Made by a program: the position numbers and the translations under genes. DNA of 63,376 nt, filler included, from Choristocarpus tenellus KU-1152 (lineage: Eukaryota; Protista; Phaeophyceae): NCBI GenBank assembly GCA_964200185.2. It is 9 parts of 9 records of this genome, joined end to end, with 100 filler letters (N's around TTAATTAATTAA, not from the genome) between each part and the next. Parts side by side here need not be neighbours in the genome. Positions count along the whole stretch, not along the records: positions 1 to 4,576 come from CAXNAD020013946.1; positions 4,677 to 9,479 come from CAXNAD020013002.1; positions 9,580 to 15,654 come from CAXNAD020009002.1; positions 15,755 to 20,640 come from CAXNAD020012666.1; 5 more parts are not named here. The stretch is one strand, 5' to 3'. Positions 1 to 16,759 of the stretch are shown here, one piece after another. The notes under the pieces are model-generated. The model saw nothing but the letters and a program-made list of their open reading frames with translations, ran no database searches and was not told the DNA's origin. The first letter of the stretch is position 1. Every line of letters begins with the position of its first letter.

Positions 1-129
1 TATGGCCTAAATAGACATCCTGGCGCAGAGCCCCCCCTCCCCCCCCCCAGATACTTTGGGTCCATATGATCCAAAAAAATTGGCATCGTTGCATCGAATC
101 GGTCACAAGACGCTGCCTCAATGCCAACA

Positions 130-960
130 CTGACTCCAACATGTACCACCCCTGCCCGTACACACACCGACACTATAACCCCTTAGGATTGGACGGATAG
201 GGATGGCAGACCGCACAGTAACACGTCTACGAAACTTCTATACATCGACACATTCAGAAACCAGAAGATAATCCACCTTCCGGCTTACGAGATCGACTGC
301 GCAGGACGACACGACCCACGTGTCCCCAAACTCAGTGGCATAAAGTCCATGCACAGGTTCTTCACTGGTCAGCGCACCACCGAAGACTCCCGTACATTGA
401 TATACACCAAGTTTCCGTGCTAATGCACGAATCGTTCCATCGGCAACCTAGCCCGATGCAGATATCGTGTATATACTGGGTGAAACTACCAGAGTGCAAG
501 ATGATAAGGAACTGTTCGTTAGCTCTGTTAGTTTTTCCATACAGTGAACCCTAAAGTACTATTCAAAGCTCAACAAGCTCAGTGTGGAAAATATTTAAGA
601 AATTTGGCTAAACCAGAAAGAGCCTTTTTACCAAAGAATGAAACGACTTATACCATGTCCTAATTATGCTCACAAGAGGAAGAAGGCGATTTTTTATTAT
701 ATAAGTATTATCAGCCAGGTCACCACTGAGAAAATATTGAATTCCGAGATCAAGTGATGAAGCAGTAGTACCCACTGATGTACAACGTTTTATTCTCCAC
801 ACCTCAACGATCATATGGTCTCTGGACACCTCGCATTTGAGCACACCTTCGCCCAGATTCATTACCATGTTTGGTGCCCTACTTTAAAGATGTCCAAAAT
901 TGGCGTGTGGAGCATATCAATCATGGCCAAGCCGAAAAACATACCCTAACCATTCAAACC
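130..960 (-). mobile_element. Decayed Ty3/Gypsy pol fragments (RT-like and protease-like pieces)
   Basis: Minus strand near 960-925 reads RFEWLG/GMFFGLA across a frameshift, resembling the Gypsy RT motif yEWLRMPFGL. Near 450-240 it reads VADGTIRALARKLGVY..., loosely retropepsin-like. Many stops. Confidence 0.35.
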
Positions 961-2100
961 TATTTTAGATAGTGGCAATCGATCTGATAAGATACAAGAC
1001 AGAGTCAGAAAAATGCACACATTTCTTGTTTGTGGCGGATCATTCAACATGGTTTGCTGTGGTGAGTGCTATCCCTGACAAACGAGAACTTAGTGGAGCA
1101 ACATTTTCATCCAAACTATGATTCCTGTCTTTGGCACCCTAGAAACCTTACGCTCAAACCAGGGTAAAGAAGTCGTAAGAATCAAGTCCTGGAGCTGCAA
1201 AAGATCTATGGATACAAGCAAACAAGAACGACACTGTATCGGCCCCAAAGCAATGGAAATCTTGAAAGGGTTCATTAGACAACGCGTGGTATGCTAGCTA
1301 TCTATTCAAATATGAAACAATTGGATTGTGCGCCATTATTGCCTTTTGTGTAACTGGCTGAGTGAAAGTATCTTAGAGGGTACGATTTTTGCCCTGTTTG
1401 TCCATTTGGGGCTCGACTTCCCATTGTTTTTTCATGACATTTTACCTACTCCGAAATATTTTGGAGTGGGTAAAACGTGTACGTAATGAAAAGGTGTGTC
1501 CAGAACATGGATATTGACACTTCCTAACAAACACAACAGTCAAAATTATATCAAAATCGCAACATCGGATTTTGACCCCAAATGGACACGGCTCTACCCT
1601 CTAAGATACTTTAGCTCGGCTCACATTACCGCAGACAACACCACTGTACAAAGAAAAATCCTTCCATTTGATGTTTGGGGGACATCCCACATTGCCAATT
1701 GACATTATTTTTTGATATTCCTATACCCACGCAAGAGTACGGCAAACATCAGTGCATAACTTCTAACTGGTATGTGAACTTGCTAGATGGATTATTGGTG
1801 AAGTGGCTTTGAGCAACGAGTCCAAGACTACTGAACATACCATTCCAATTTCTAAAGTTGGTGCTAAGGTTTGGCTACATAAACCTCTCACACTTCGGCA
1901 GATAATCCTAACCCCTGGTTATTGTCCCTGTGGAGAGGATCATATGAAGCAGAAGAGAGGATAACTCCATTAGTCTACTGTATGTAGGAAGGTACAGGCC
2001 GACCATTGAGAAATCACTGTGCATATAGCACGACTTTAACCATACAAAAGAAAGCCAACCCCCTGAATCAGGCATTGACTCTCTCGATTCTTTATTTTGG
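960..2100 (+). mobile_element. Decayed Ty3/Gypsy integrase, interrupted by a MITE
   Basis: About 1118-1175 reads MIPVFGTLETLRSNQGKEV (cf. FGvPetlhSDqGreF, integrase core). About 1854-1985 reads KVGAKVWLHKP...LSLWRGSYE...ERITPLVY (GPY/F module). Frameshifts and stops throughout. Confidence 0.6.
1360..1617. mobile_element. MITE family A, copy 1 (258 bp)
   Basis: Terminal inverted repeats GAGTGAAAGTATCTTAGAGGGTA ... TACCCTCTAAGATACTTTAGCTC, flanked on both sides by GGCT. Internal sequence is shared with the copies at 2257, 52987, 59720 and 60778. Confidence 0.85.
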
Positions 2101-2256
2101 GGAAGAATAATGCCTTAACAGATATTGAACAAGACTCAAAGCGTTCAACCACTTTAGGGTCATGCTTGGTTGAGGGCATTGCAGACTATAAACCTGGAGT
2201 GGGCCGTAAAGCCCCCCATAGCTATTCATACCGGCTTCAATTTAGAGGTTTTGCAC

Positions 2257-2515
2257 GAGCCCAAGCATCTTAGAGGGTAGAGCAGAGTCAATTTGGTGGA
2301 CAAAATCCAATGTTATGATTTTGATGTAATTTTGCCTATCGTGTTTGCTAGGAAGTATCAATATCCATGTTCTGGACACATGTTTTCATAACGCATACAT
2401 TTTACCTTCTCCTAAACATTTTGGAGTAGGTAAATGTCATACAAAAAACTCATGGGAAGTCAAGTCCAAATGGACAAACAGGGAAATACTCGTACCCTCT
2501 AAGATACTTTCACTC
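2257..2515. mobile_element. MITE family A, copy 2 (opposite orientation)
   Basis: GAGCCCAAGCATCTTAGAGGGTAG ... TACCCTCTAAGATACTTTCACTC, flanked by CAC/CAC. Reverse-complement match to 1360-1617. Confidence 0.85.
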
Positions 2516-3183
2516 CACCAGCTAGTGGTGTCTGTCGGAAGGCAACGGAATTTCCTTAGTGTGCAGAGATGATTGAAGTGTACAGATTACGACATGATCT
2601 GGATGCTTCTCCTTACCAAAGTGTTCTCGTTGCTCTTCGGGTATACCACTAAGACTCACTACCATCACTTGACCCGTCATTTCCATCACCAATACTTCCA
2701 GAGCATCAACTAAATTTCATGACCTTCTACTCTTTTTGCTGAACAGTCAAGAGAATCATACTTCCACCAAGCTCTCAACTCCGGACTTTACCTCCCATGG
2801 CCCTTCCACGAATACCAGACCGCCAGTGAGAGGTCTCAATGTTTCGGTTCTACAGAGGTGATGTAATGAATCTCCTTTCTACAATTTCAGACTATCCAAT
2901 GCCCACTGCCACCATTCTATGTCTCCCTGGAATTTTTTACTCAATTTGACGACCTTTACTCCACTTACCGAGGTCCTATCAGATCCTCCATGAAGCCCTG
3001 TCAACTTGAGGAGTTAAACATACAAAGTACTTTCTTGTTCATACTACATACACTGCATGCCATAGCTTTCCTGGTACCTTCAACGGTTCTCTTACTGTAC
3101 CTAATTTTCTCGAACCTGACCGGTTTTGTACCTACGACCGCAATGCTTCAAGCATTCTAGGTCGTAAAACCTTATCACATGTT

Positions 3184-3440
3184 GAGGCAAAGCATCCAAG
3201 AGGGTAGGAGTTTGGCCCTGTCCGTCCGTTTCGGGCTCTGGCTTCCCACAGGTTCTATATGCCCTTTTTCGGTTTTCTGTATGAGCACAGTTACCAAAAA
3301 TGTATAGGAGTATGAAAGCGTGTCCGGAGCAAGGACATTGACACTTGCTAACAAACACGATAGCAAAAATTCATCAAAATCACAACATTGGCTGTATGAC
3401 CTAGAACGGGTGCAGCCCTACCCTCTGAAATGCTTTCGGA
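3184..3440. mobile_element. MITE family B (relative of A), copy 1
   Basis: GAGGCAAAGCATCCAAGAGGGTAG ... CTACCCTCTGAAATGCTTT. Shares the GTGTCCGGAGCAAGGA...TGACACTT...AACAAACACGATAGC core with family A but has a different left interior, which it shares with 16265-16521. Confidence 0.75.
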
Positions 3441-3559
3441 AGTTATGCGCATCCACAATGAGGCCTAATGGTACCAACTTAATACCCAAACTTGATATTT
3501 ATATTGTGAAACCACCTGGGGATTGGTTGATTGCTTCTCGCCAAAATTTCTAAGATGGT

Positions 3560-3830
3560 ACCAGTTCGAAAACAAGGAATGCATTAGCCTCAAACACCTT
3601 GAACCGTTCTTCAACCCTTCTTATCATGTTGTACTTCTACGTTGAAATTTTCATGCGAACTTAAATCATCGCCTAGGTTGATCCTTGTCAGCTTCAACGC
3701 ATCTTTTATATCCACTTTCGGCAATAGAATCCCTCCTTCTGGTCCAAACCTAGCCCATATTACACATACCCTAGGCGTCAAATGACCAAACCCTTCCACT
3801 TTTTCAACAGGTGGGACATCATCGTGTTTT
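3560..3830 (-). mobile_element. Decayed Gypsy RNase H-like fragment
   Basis: ORF 3611-3799 ends LSSHENFNVEVQHDKKG, resembling the Gypsy RNase H end motif (Lsef.F.v.h..G). Confidence 0.35.
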
Positions 3831-4576
3831 TTTGTCTGCGCTCACACTGCTCATTCCTCCAACTTGAACCCATTCTCTGAAAACTCAAGTCATGAATAAC
3901 GGGATATATATTTATTTTGATATTTTTTGAGATCTTCTATTGCGCCTCAAGGGGAAATTAAAAAAACTGGTGCACCGTACGCACTTGTTTTGGGGAAATT
4001 TTGGGCTCTGCCTGACTCGATGTCTTCACTTATCTTTCCCCCACATTTCTTCTTCTGCCATGTCGGCACTGTGATGATTCCCATGTTGCATTAACGCGTG
4101 TATTTTTCTTATCCTCTCATTATCCCCATGGGGAACTAGCTGCCTGAGGCCAGCAAGCTGAACTTGTTGTGGTACTTGGCAACCCTGAACCTCTTCCAAC
4201 TCTAGGGTCCCAAACCCTTGCATCCTTTGCAGGGACCAACCGCACCAGTCTAACTAGTGTTGATTCTAACACTCCATGATTCTAACCAAGTGTTGTTTCT
4301 GAAACGTGTGGCATTACATGTGAACCAAAGTCGTTTCACAACACTCCACGGTTTTAGTGTCTCTCCAATTTTTGAGACTCTGCAAACCCACTGCAAGGTC
4401 CCATCCATTAGCATACAGACCTACCTCTGCAATCTGAATGATCATTTGTGCAAACGGTTGGTTCCAAATTCATTATATCCACCACGGAACTGAACTCCCC
4501 GGATCCCCTGCATAAAAATATAGATCAACTGTTATGTGTTAAGAATGTGCTTTTTATTCATGTGTAAAAGAAGATT

Positions 4577-4676
4577 NNNNNNNNNNNNNNNNNNNNNNNN
4601 NNNNNNNNNNNNNNNNNNNNTTAATTAATTAANNNNNNNNNNNNNNNNNNNNNNNNNNNNNNNNNNNNNNNNNNNN
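4577..4676. other. Artificial contig linker (N44-TTAATTAATTAA-N44); eight in the window
   Basis: Identical 100-bp blocks at 4577, 9480, 15655, 20641, 48666, 52517, 57500 and 60678. TTAATTAATTAA gives stops in all six frames. Confidence 0.97.
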
Positions 4677-5038
4677 CAAGCAATCTCGCCAGGTTTATCA
4701 CCTTTATGTTCTTTGATGATTTTGGGGATACTTTAACACTACCTTGTCTCTTCATGCTGGAGAGAATACTCAGATGACCACATGGGACTGTTGTTGGTCC
4801 CTTGGGGCGTCCTGGAATCACCCTTCACGGTTTTGTCATCTCCTTGGGATATCCTGGCCCTCCTCCATTTTCACTTCTCTCAAATTGGGGCGAAAGGTTC
4901 TGCATCGTCACATCTGTACCTCGAATGTCGCACCCCCAGCAATGAACAGACCTTGTGACCATGAGTGAGGGCATTCACTCATGTTCACATCAATGGCCTG
5001 CATTTGAGATCACGGCTTCAGGGTCTCTCTCTACGGCC

Positions 5039-5290
5039 TCAAGGCCGTGTAAAAGATTGCAGGTCACCTAATTGTCTGCAACGTTCCTCGTATATGACGA
5101 TATGATACTTATGAAGGGAATGATCAATCAATGTGAAAGATCCAGCATACTTGACAACCTGTGTATTGTGGAGGCTTGTACGAGCTTCATGGTCCGCATA
5201 CATTCTTATGGATTGGGACTCCATATCCCATCATGGTATGCTTGCGAAGTGTTTTGTAATAAATGTCATTTATTTGCAAAGCATTGATAG
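5039..5290 (-). mobile_element. Decayed Gypsy RNase H fragment
   Basis: IRMYADHEARTSL resembles the RNase H F.lyTDHkaL..l motif. Confidence 0.45.
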
Positions 5291-7764
5291 ACTTGGTAAA
5301 CACAAGATGTGAAGTCATGTGATATCAGTTATCTCAGTTCTTTACAATATGATAGACTATACCCATCTATAGACAATATGACTTATACAAACGATAATCT
5401 AACGAGATTGTGAACTTATGGAGAAGATCATGACGTTAGGATAATACAAGATCTGGGTCAAGACAGAAAAAGATTGGCGGGGATCTGTAACAGAAATAAA
5501 TATTCTCAATAGGACAAAAAGTTATACTATTACAGCAATGCAAGATATGCAGATCATGCAAAAGAGCATGGTACCGGGATAACAACGAATTCTTAGGTCA
5601 AGATTATTCGGGAGGAGAATTTTCTGATTATCCAATCTATTTACTACTCGATTGGCTGCAACCATTTCACGGGGTTGTAGAGATTGTTCTTCTCTATTGT
5701 GAAGGTCACAAGAGGGTTCATAGCTACAAAAGTGAAGCTGATAACATATGTGGAAGAACGATGACCAGGACCAGGTCTAGTTCCAGCAAACCTGTCAATA
5801 ATGTACAGCCCAATATCAGGTTGAGAGGGTTGATGGTCTACATCTAACAAAGGGAAACGGTCTCCCCCCTACCAAAATCCAATTAATTCAAGTCTGATAT
5901 GGGAGGTTGGACTTGGGGATAGTAACGTTTCACTCTACCCAAATGAACGGGAAATGGACGTGGGTTTCCAGGCAATACAACCCTGTACACAATGAGTTAT
6001 GCCTGGAATGTACATCATACGGACCCCTCCAAGAGTAAAGTGACTTCGGATCCGGAATATCTCTGTTCTCATGTAGTCTATGGTCTGTAACTTCATCGCC
6101 AGGTACGAAAACGGGGGACACGAGATGTTGGTTAGGACGTTCTTGATTTGTAATACTTTCATGGAGATTCAGGCAGGCCAATTCAAAATGTAACCAGTAA
6201 ATTTTCTTTGGTGTGAGCTTGAGTAAACTCTTCTGTCATAAGATATAGATCAGCAGTGCTAGACAAACCAAGGATAATATTAACGGGTAAACGCACTACT
6301 TGTTCTCCAAACAGAGAGAGGGGGAAATTGCATTTCATACAACTTTGCACTGAAAGTTGTGTTATGGGCTAACTGTACAAAAGGCAGTAATGATGTCAAG
6401 TTATCATCGGCAACGGAGATACACATTGCTAGCATAGAGGTGCAAAATGAAATTTATTTTCTCTAATATGTTTTTTCTGAGGCGCTCTTCTTATCATGTG
6501 TACAATATTATAGACATTCCATATATATATATTTTAATGGTTCAACACAGTATCCATACGCTCCTTCATATACACTCACGTCGCACAGAGGTACTTCTAC
6601 AGGACGAAGAAGGCTCTGTACTGGCAACAGATTCAGATTACAATGTGCTTTCACACAAGCCTTTAACTATGCCACACCTTCATTTCGAGTCATATAACAC
6701 TCAATTCTTCTCACTACAGCCCAAGAACGTCGTAAATTACGATCAAACACTACCCGACATTTAGACTGGAACCGAACCCTCCATGTCAGAGACGGTTACT
6801 CATCATTTCAGCCCCAAAACGCGCACCGATTGGCTTCATCAGACTATGATGGCATCACAGAACGACCCAAGAAGTTGCAAAACATCAACCAGCTGCGCAT
6901 CTAGTGCAAGACAGGATCGACGATCAAGTAAGGGCGGGTATCAGTTGCTGTGTGGAAGGCCTCTCCATTTTTCTTAAAATTCGAGTTGTGCTTGACGAGT
7001 TAGTGGCAGTGAAATGTCCAACAGGACTTACCTACTCTTCACAAGAACCTGATGGTGACCCCTCCCCACTCTGAATAGGGTTTTGGAAAGATATCCTTAA
7101 GACGAGTGTATAGATCCAACTGGTTTCTACTGTTCAGTGGTGTATTTTGTATAATAGTATTAGTGGTAACATCTTTGAGTTGAATAGTGCTACAAAAAAG
7201 GTCTTGTCTAAAATTTGTACGCATTTTTGTATTTTTTGTTGGGGCAAGCTTGCCTTAAAATGGCACCCCTCTGAATTTCTATATATTCTGTATTGTGTCT
7301 TTAACACAACTTCAATTCCCCATCCACAACGAAGTTACTTAAACAGTACTCTTCAGGATTGGCAGTTAGTCGATGGCAGAGCTTGCGAACAAAGATTTCA
7401 AACCTGATGATGGCCAAAACATGGCTGCATGGTGGGTGATTGATGACTCCTAAGTATCCAAGGTCTTGGGGGTAATGAACCTATGGTGGAGATGAAATTA
7501 CATACACGGTGTTGGGTACTATCAAGAAAGGTTTTATGACTCCTAGGATTATGGGGAAGGGTTGTCCGAGAAGGTACACGGAAAGCCCCAGGGCGAAATG
7601 GAGGGCTGCGAAGGATTTCCTGTTGAGAAGTTGAATTTTCGCCTGACGGGCAACCAACCATTATTGAGTCCTGGATGGCTGATGAGATGGGAATGGTGTG
7701 TTTGTTACCGCAGTCCATAGTTCTCATCTTACTTGCTTCTCTTGGACTTATCCCTCTTTTGTAG

Positions 7765-9084
7765 GCTTCATGGTGTTGATGACCTCCGGGTCGAACCGCA
7801 CAGTGAGGGACTGACTCCTCTTGGTCCCAGCGAAGTTCGTATCAAGGTAACGTGTGTACGAACTGGTACCTGGATCCATACGCTTATTGAAGGGGGGTGT
7901 TTTGAGTTACGCATACTCAAGACCTACTTGCTCGCACAGTCGCCATCCATTTACCCCCGTGTAATTTCAGCCCCAAAATGCTGCCTAGTCCACACCGCCA
8001 CCCCAAACCCAATGGCGCCCTCACTTTAATCCTCAGCAAATAGTTTCCCATGCCCATTTCCGCCAACAGACTCACCGAAGTCCAACTGAGCTTTGATAGT
8101 TATATGCCTTTACTTAAACAGGTGGGGGCGGTGGGAATATGCGGTAGTGACGTGCATTACCTGAAGCACATGCGCATAGCTGACTTCATCGTGGAGAAGC
8201 CAATGGTAATTGGTCATGAATCTGCTGGGGTGGTGGCAGAGGTAATTGATAGGTCTTAGGAAGGAGAAAACAGGCGTTTAAGGGGTGGAAGGGTGGAGGA
8301 TACTGGCCCACCAGGCAGTCTTCTGATACCTAGTACCCATTCGTGACACCAAGTCCATGCCGTTGTAACGACTCTAGTCTGAAGTTTATTGTATTTGTAC
8401 ATGTTAATATATGAACATGACCACAACATTTTCCTTGGCTTTTTTGTTTGTCTTTTCGAATCTTCTCCCTGACTTCCCCTGACCACTTTTCTGGTCTGCA
8501 TCCTCCTGCCACATTGCCAAGGTGGGCTCAGCAGTGCTAGACCTGAAAGTGGGGGACCGAGTCGCCCTAGAGCCCGGAGTACCTTGCCGAGCATGTGGCC
8601 ACTGCAGGGGTGGAGGTTATAACCTCTGCAAGAGCATGGAATTTCATGCTACTCCGGTGTGTGACCTTTCTTATCCCTACTCTATCCCCATGCTTGCACC
8701 TTCCATCCTCAGACTATGTGATACCATCTATGCGCACAATCCAGGGCTTCAGCACTTCTTTTTGAGTTTCTTGTGCTTTTGGGGATTTATCTGTCTCCAG
8801 TAAGGGGCTAAACTGGTCTCCCTGAGTCAATTGTTCTGTTTGCACACCTGTTTGACCAGCTGATTACGTGCACTCAGCCCCCTCCCCCCCCCCCCCCTCC
8901 TACACCCTCTACTCCTTCTCATCTGCCCTCTACATTATAGCCGGTGCATGGATCGCTCGCTAGGTGTGTGGTCCACCCTTCGGACTTTTGCTACAAGCTG
9001 CCGGAGGGCATGTCATTAGAAGAAGGTGCTATGTGTGAGCCAGTGTCTGTTGGCATTCATGCCTGTAGGAGGGCTTCAGTTCAG
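7765..9084 (+). CDS. SORD: Sorbitol/xylitol dehydrogenase (Zn-dependent MDR family), partial, 4 internal exons
   Basis: Exons 7765-7846, 8122-8241, 8522-8656 and 8941-9084, all AG/GT bounded and phase-compatible. Motifs [52 protein letters not shown] (structural Zn) and [20 protein letters not shown]. First exon not located; 3' half cut by the contig end. Confidence 0.93.
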
Positions 9085-9692
9085 GTGAGAATCTGCTGTT
9101 TTGTGGAGATAGAAGCTAGACTCAACCATTGAAATTTGAGTAGACAAAATCAATGTACGCCAAATATGTGCAGCATATTTTCGGAAGGTGAATCAATCAC
9201 CATGCACACATAACCCGTATATCCTCAGCCTCTGATCCCTGATTCACAGAGTGCCTTGAAGGCATTGTGATTTTGGCAGTGTATCCCTCTCAAGGCAAAT
9301 GGTGCAGAATCTTTGAACAGTAAATTTGTTGCAACATGTGCTATCATGATTAATTTCATACCGTCTTACCATCCTCCCAACACCCCTCATTTTTTTTTTT
9401 TTTTAGCGGAAATTGTGGATCTCCTGCAGCAAGGCAGAAGCCTGTTAAGAGAATGGTTTGATGTATTTCTCTGTAACAGNNNNNNNNNNNNNNNNNNNNN
9501 NNNNNNNNNNNNNNNNNNNNNNNTTAATTAATTAANNNNNNNNNNNNNNNNNNNNNNNNNNNNNNNNNNNNNNNNNNNNCTTATCTCATGGCCCATGACT
9601 TGCACCATCCCCTTTCAATGCCCCACCTCCGCCATCCCCCTACCCCTCCCCATCACGCTCACAATCTAATTGAAACAAGCCCGTCCATTCTA

Positions 9693-14224
<4,532 letters not shown>

Positions 14225-14504
14225 CTTCGTGATTGGCCGATTTGGAAGCAGCAATGGATGCGATTGGGGTAGATTTGACTCTCGTCTGTGAGCAGCATGG
14301 ATGGGTAGGGTGCAGTTTGTCTGGACTATATACCAAGTACTCCTGGAGTAGTGATCGGAGTAAGGGGTTGAATTCTTGAAGGAACTGTCGACAATTGTGG
14401 GGACTAGCTGTAGAGACATGGTGTGGTCCAAGAATAGTTGACATGGGATAGGGTGAGAGGTTGAGATCACTTTGGCAGCAGCGCATTTTATTTGAAGTAT
14501 CACT

Positions 14505-14960
14505 TGAACTTTAGTACATTGTCCTGTACTTTACTGATGTGCTTTGCTGGTGTACTTTTCTCCTGTACTTCACTGCTGTACGTTTCTCCTGTACTTCACA
14601 GCTGTACTTTAATGCTGTACTTTGCTGATGTACTTTACTTCTGTACTTTATTGCTGTACTTTGCTGATGTACTTCACTTCTGTACTTTACTCCTGTACTT
14701 CACTAATATACTTTTCTTCTGTACTTCACTGATATACTTCAGTGCTGTACTTTACTCCTGTACTTCACTTCTACTTCACTGATCATTTCAGTTCAAGCCT
14801 ACGCAGTGCTCTGAAGTACCTTCAGTGCAATGATCTGAACTTCACTCTACCTCTAAAGAATAATAACATTTCAGTTCAAGTACATTAAGCACTCTGGATT
14901 ACTTACTTCAGTACATTGCACTGTAACGTACTGCACTGTACTCTTGCTAGTACTTCAGCT
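14505..14960. repeat. 13-bp-period minisatellite with TGTACTT core
   Basis: TGTACTT(T/C)xxxxx recurs every 13 bp from about 14525 to 14780, with a visible 39-bp higher-order unit, then degenerates to about 14960. Confidence 0.85.
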
Positions 14961-15339
14961 CAAGCAGGTACAGAGTTCTGGACTACTTACATACGAATTG
15001 CTCTGACACGAGGTACTCTTCTCTACCAACACACTGTGCTCTAGTTCAGGCAGACAGTCCAGTTCAAGCTTGCCCCCCTTCTAATGCAGCACTCCTATTC
15101 TCAGGGCAACTGGATAGGTAAAATATTCCACGTTGCATTGCATCGAGGAGAGGGGCTGGGTTTCAAGGAAAACATTGGCGGTGCAAACGATCAAACACTA
15201 ACTGACAGTTAGGGTCAGTACAGGCATCACGATAACCAAACAAACAACAGGGTTAGGGTTAGGGTTTTGGGGGGATTCAGACGGACAGAAAAAACAGAAA
15301 AAAAGTTCTACCAACAGATGTGATTGGTTGACGCTTGAA

Positions 15340-15654
15340 CACTTGCCTGGTGCTTACTTTCTAGCCAATCGGAAAGGACTTGTCAGGTCATACAGGCATA
15401 CCACACTTGCTCACAGACTACCTGTCAAGGTGGACCCCTTTGCTCACTTTCCAGCCAATCGGAAAGGACTTGAGAGGCGTATGGGCATAGCACACTCTCT
15501 CACAGACTGACTGTCAAGGTGGACCCCTTTGCTCACTTTCCAGCCAATCGGAAAGGACTTGAGAGGCGTATGGGCATAGCACACTCTCTCACAGACTGAC
15601 TGTCAAGGTGGACCCCTTTGCTCACTTTCCAGCCAATCAGAAAGGACTTGAGAG
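15340..15654. repeat. 89-bp tandem repeat running into the contig end
   Basis: Units start GTCAAGGTGGACCCC at 15424, 15513 and 15602 (period 89) and are near identical. A diverged partial unit precedes them from about 15350. Each unit carries AGCCAATC. Confidence 0.93.
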
Positions 15655-16264
15655 NNNNNNNNNNNNNNNNNNNNNNNNNNNNNNNNNNNNNNNNNNNNTT
15701 AATTAATTAANNNNNNNNNNNNNNNNNNNNNNNNNNNNNNNNNNNNNNNNNNNNACCCCCTCCTCCCCCCCAGATACTTTGGGTCAGTGGTATAATATCT
15801 CCAAAGTCGAATTGCTCAAGCCTGAAAAGAAATTTCCTCACCCAAAATGGACCCTGTGTGCTCTGGACAACAGATGTGGGATCGTGAGGTACTCACAGGC
15901 AATGACATCATTGCTGAAACATCCCTGGACCTCTATCGGTGGTTACTCAAGGTGAGAGGAAATAATCAAGCCTAAGGGAGGGTATTACGTGTCAAGTCCA
16001 GTCTCAGAAAATGATCATGAGGGATTTTCTCCATTAAGGCATCTCAGAAAGACCATAAAACGAACTGTCAATCCAAGCATGTCGTTTTTCTTTCTTCTGC
16101 TCGCCTCTTCCAAGTATATCTTCAGCACTATGACTCGTGCCACTCAAGTTGAGCTTTTTTTGTGTAGAACTTCCTAGTATATTTAGGAGAACTACAGAAT
16201 GGAGCCATGGTAAACGAGGGGTGGCCAGGTTTTGGGCATTTGGCATTTGAAGTTCGTTTTTCAA

Positions 16265-16521
16265 GAGCCAAAGCATCGTAGAAGGTAGGACCACGTCCGT
16301 TTGGGGTCCAAAATCCAATGTTGCGATTTTGACGTAATTTGAATATCATGTTTGTTACAAAGTGTCCATATTCTTGCTCCGGACACACCTTTCATAGTCG
16401 TACACATTCTAGATAACTGTATTCACACAGAAAACCGAAAAAGGGCATAAAAAAACGTGGGAAGCTAATACTTGAACGGACAATCAGGGCAAAACTCCTA
16501 CCCTCTAAAATGCTTTGGGTC
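16265..16521. mobile_element. MITE family B, copy 2
   Basis: GAGCCAAAGCATCGTAGAAGGTAG ... CTACCCTCTAAAATGCTTTGGGTC. Reverse-complement match to 3184-3440; flanks CAA/TAA. Confidence 0.78.
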
Positions 16522-16759
16522 TAATCTATTGCAATTCGCTCATACTTACGTGGATGAAATGCTAAGTTTGACTTGAGAGCGTTACTTTCTCTGTTGTTTG
16601 AAAACTTTTGACCGAATTCAGAAAACTTCCTACACGCATTTTAAACAAGCTGAATTTTGCACATTTTTGTCAGCACCGTCAAAATGTGACTCTGGGTACC
16701 TCTCGCTTACTTTAGCTCATGCCTTGTAGAGTACGTCCCTTGCTTCCCAGCACTCGTGC

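Noticed and set aside
6783-6977. First exon of the sorbitol dehydrogenase
   Set aside because: A gtaag donor is present, but the peptide shows no similarity to SDH N-termini and the phase could not be confirmed.
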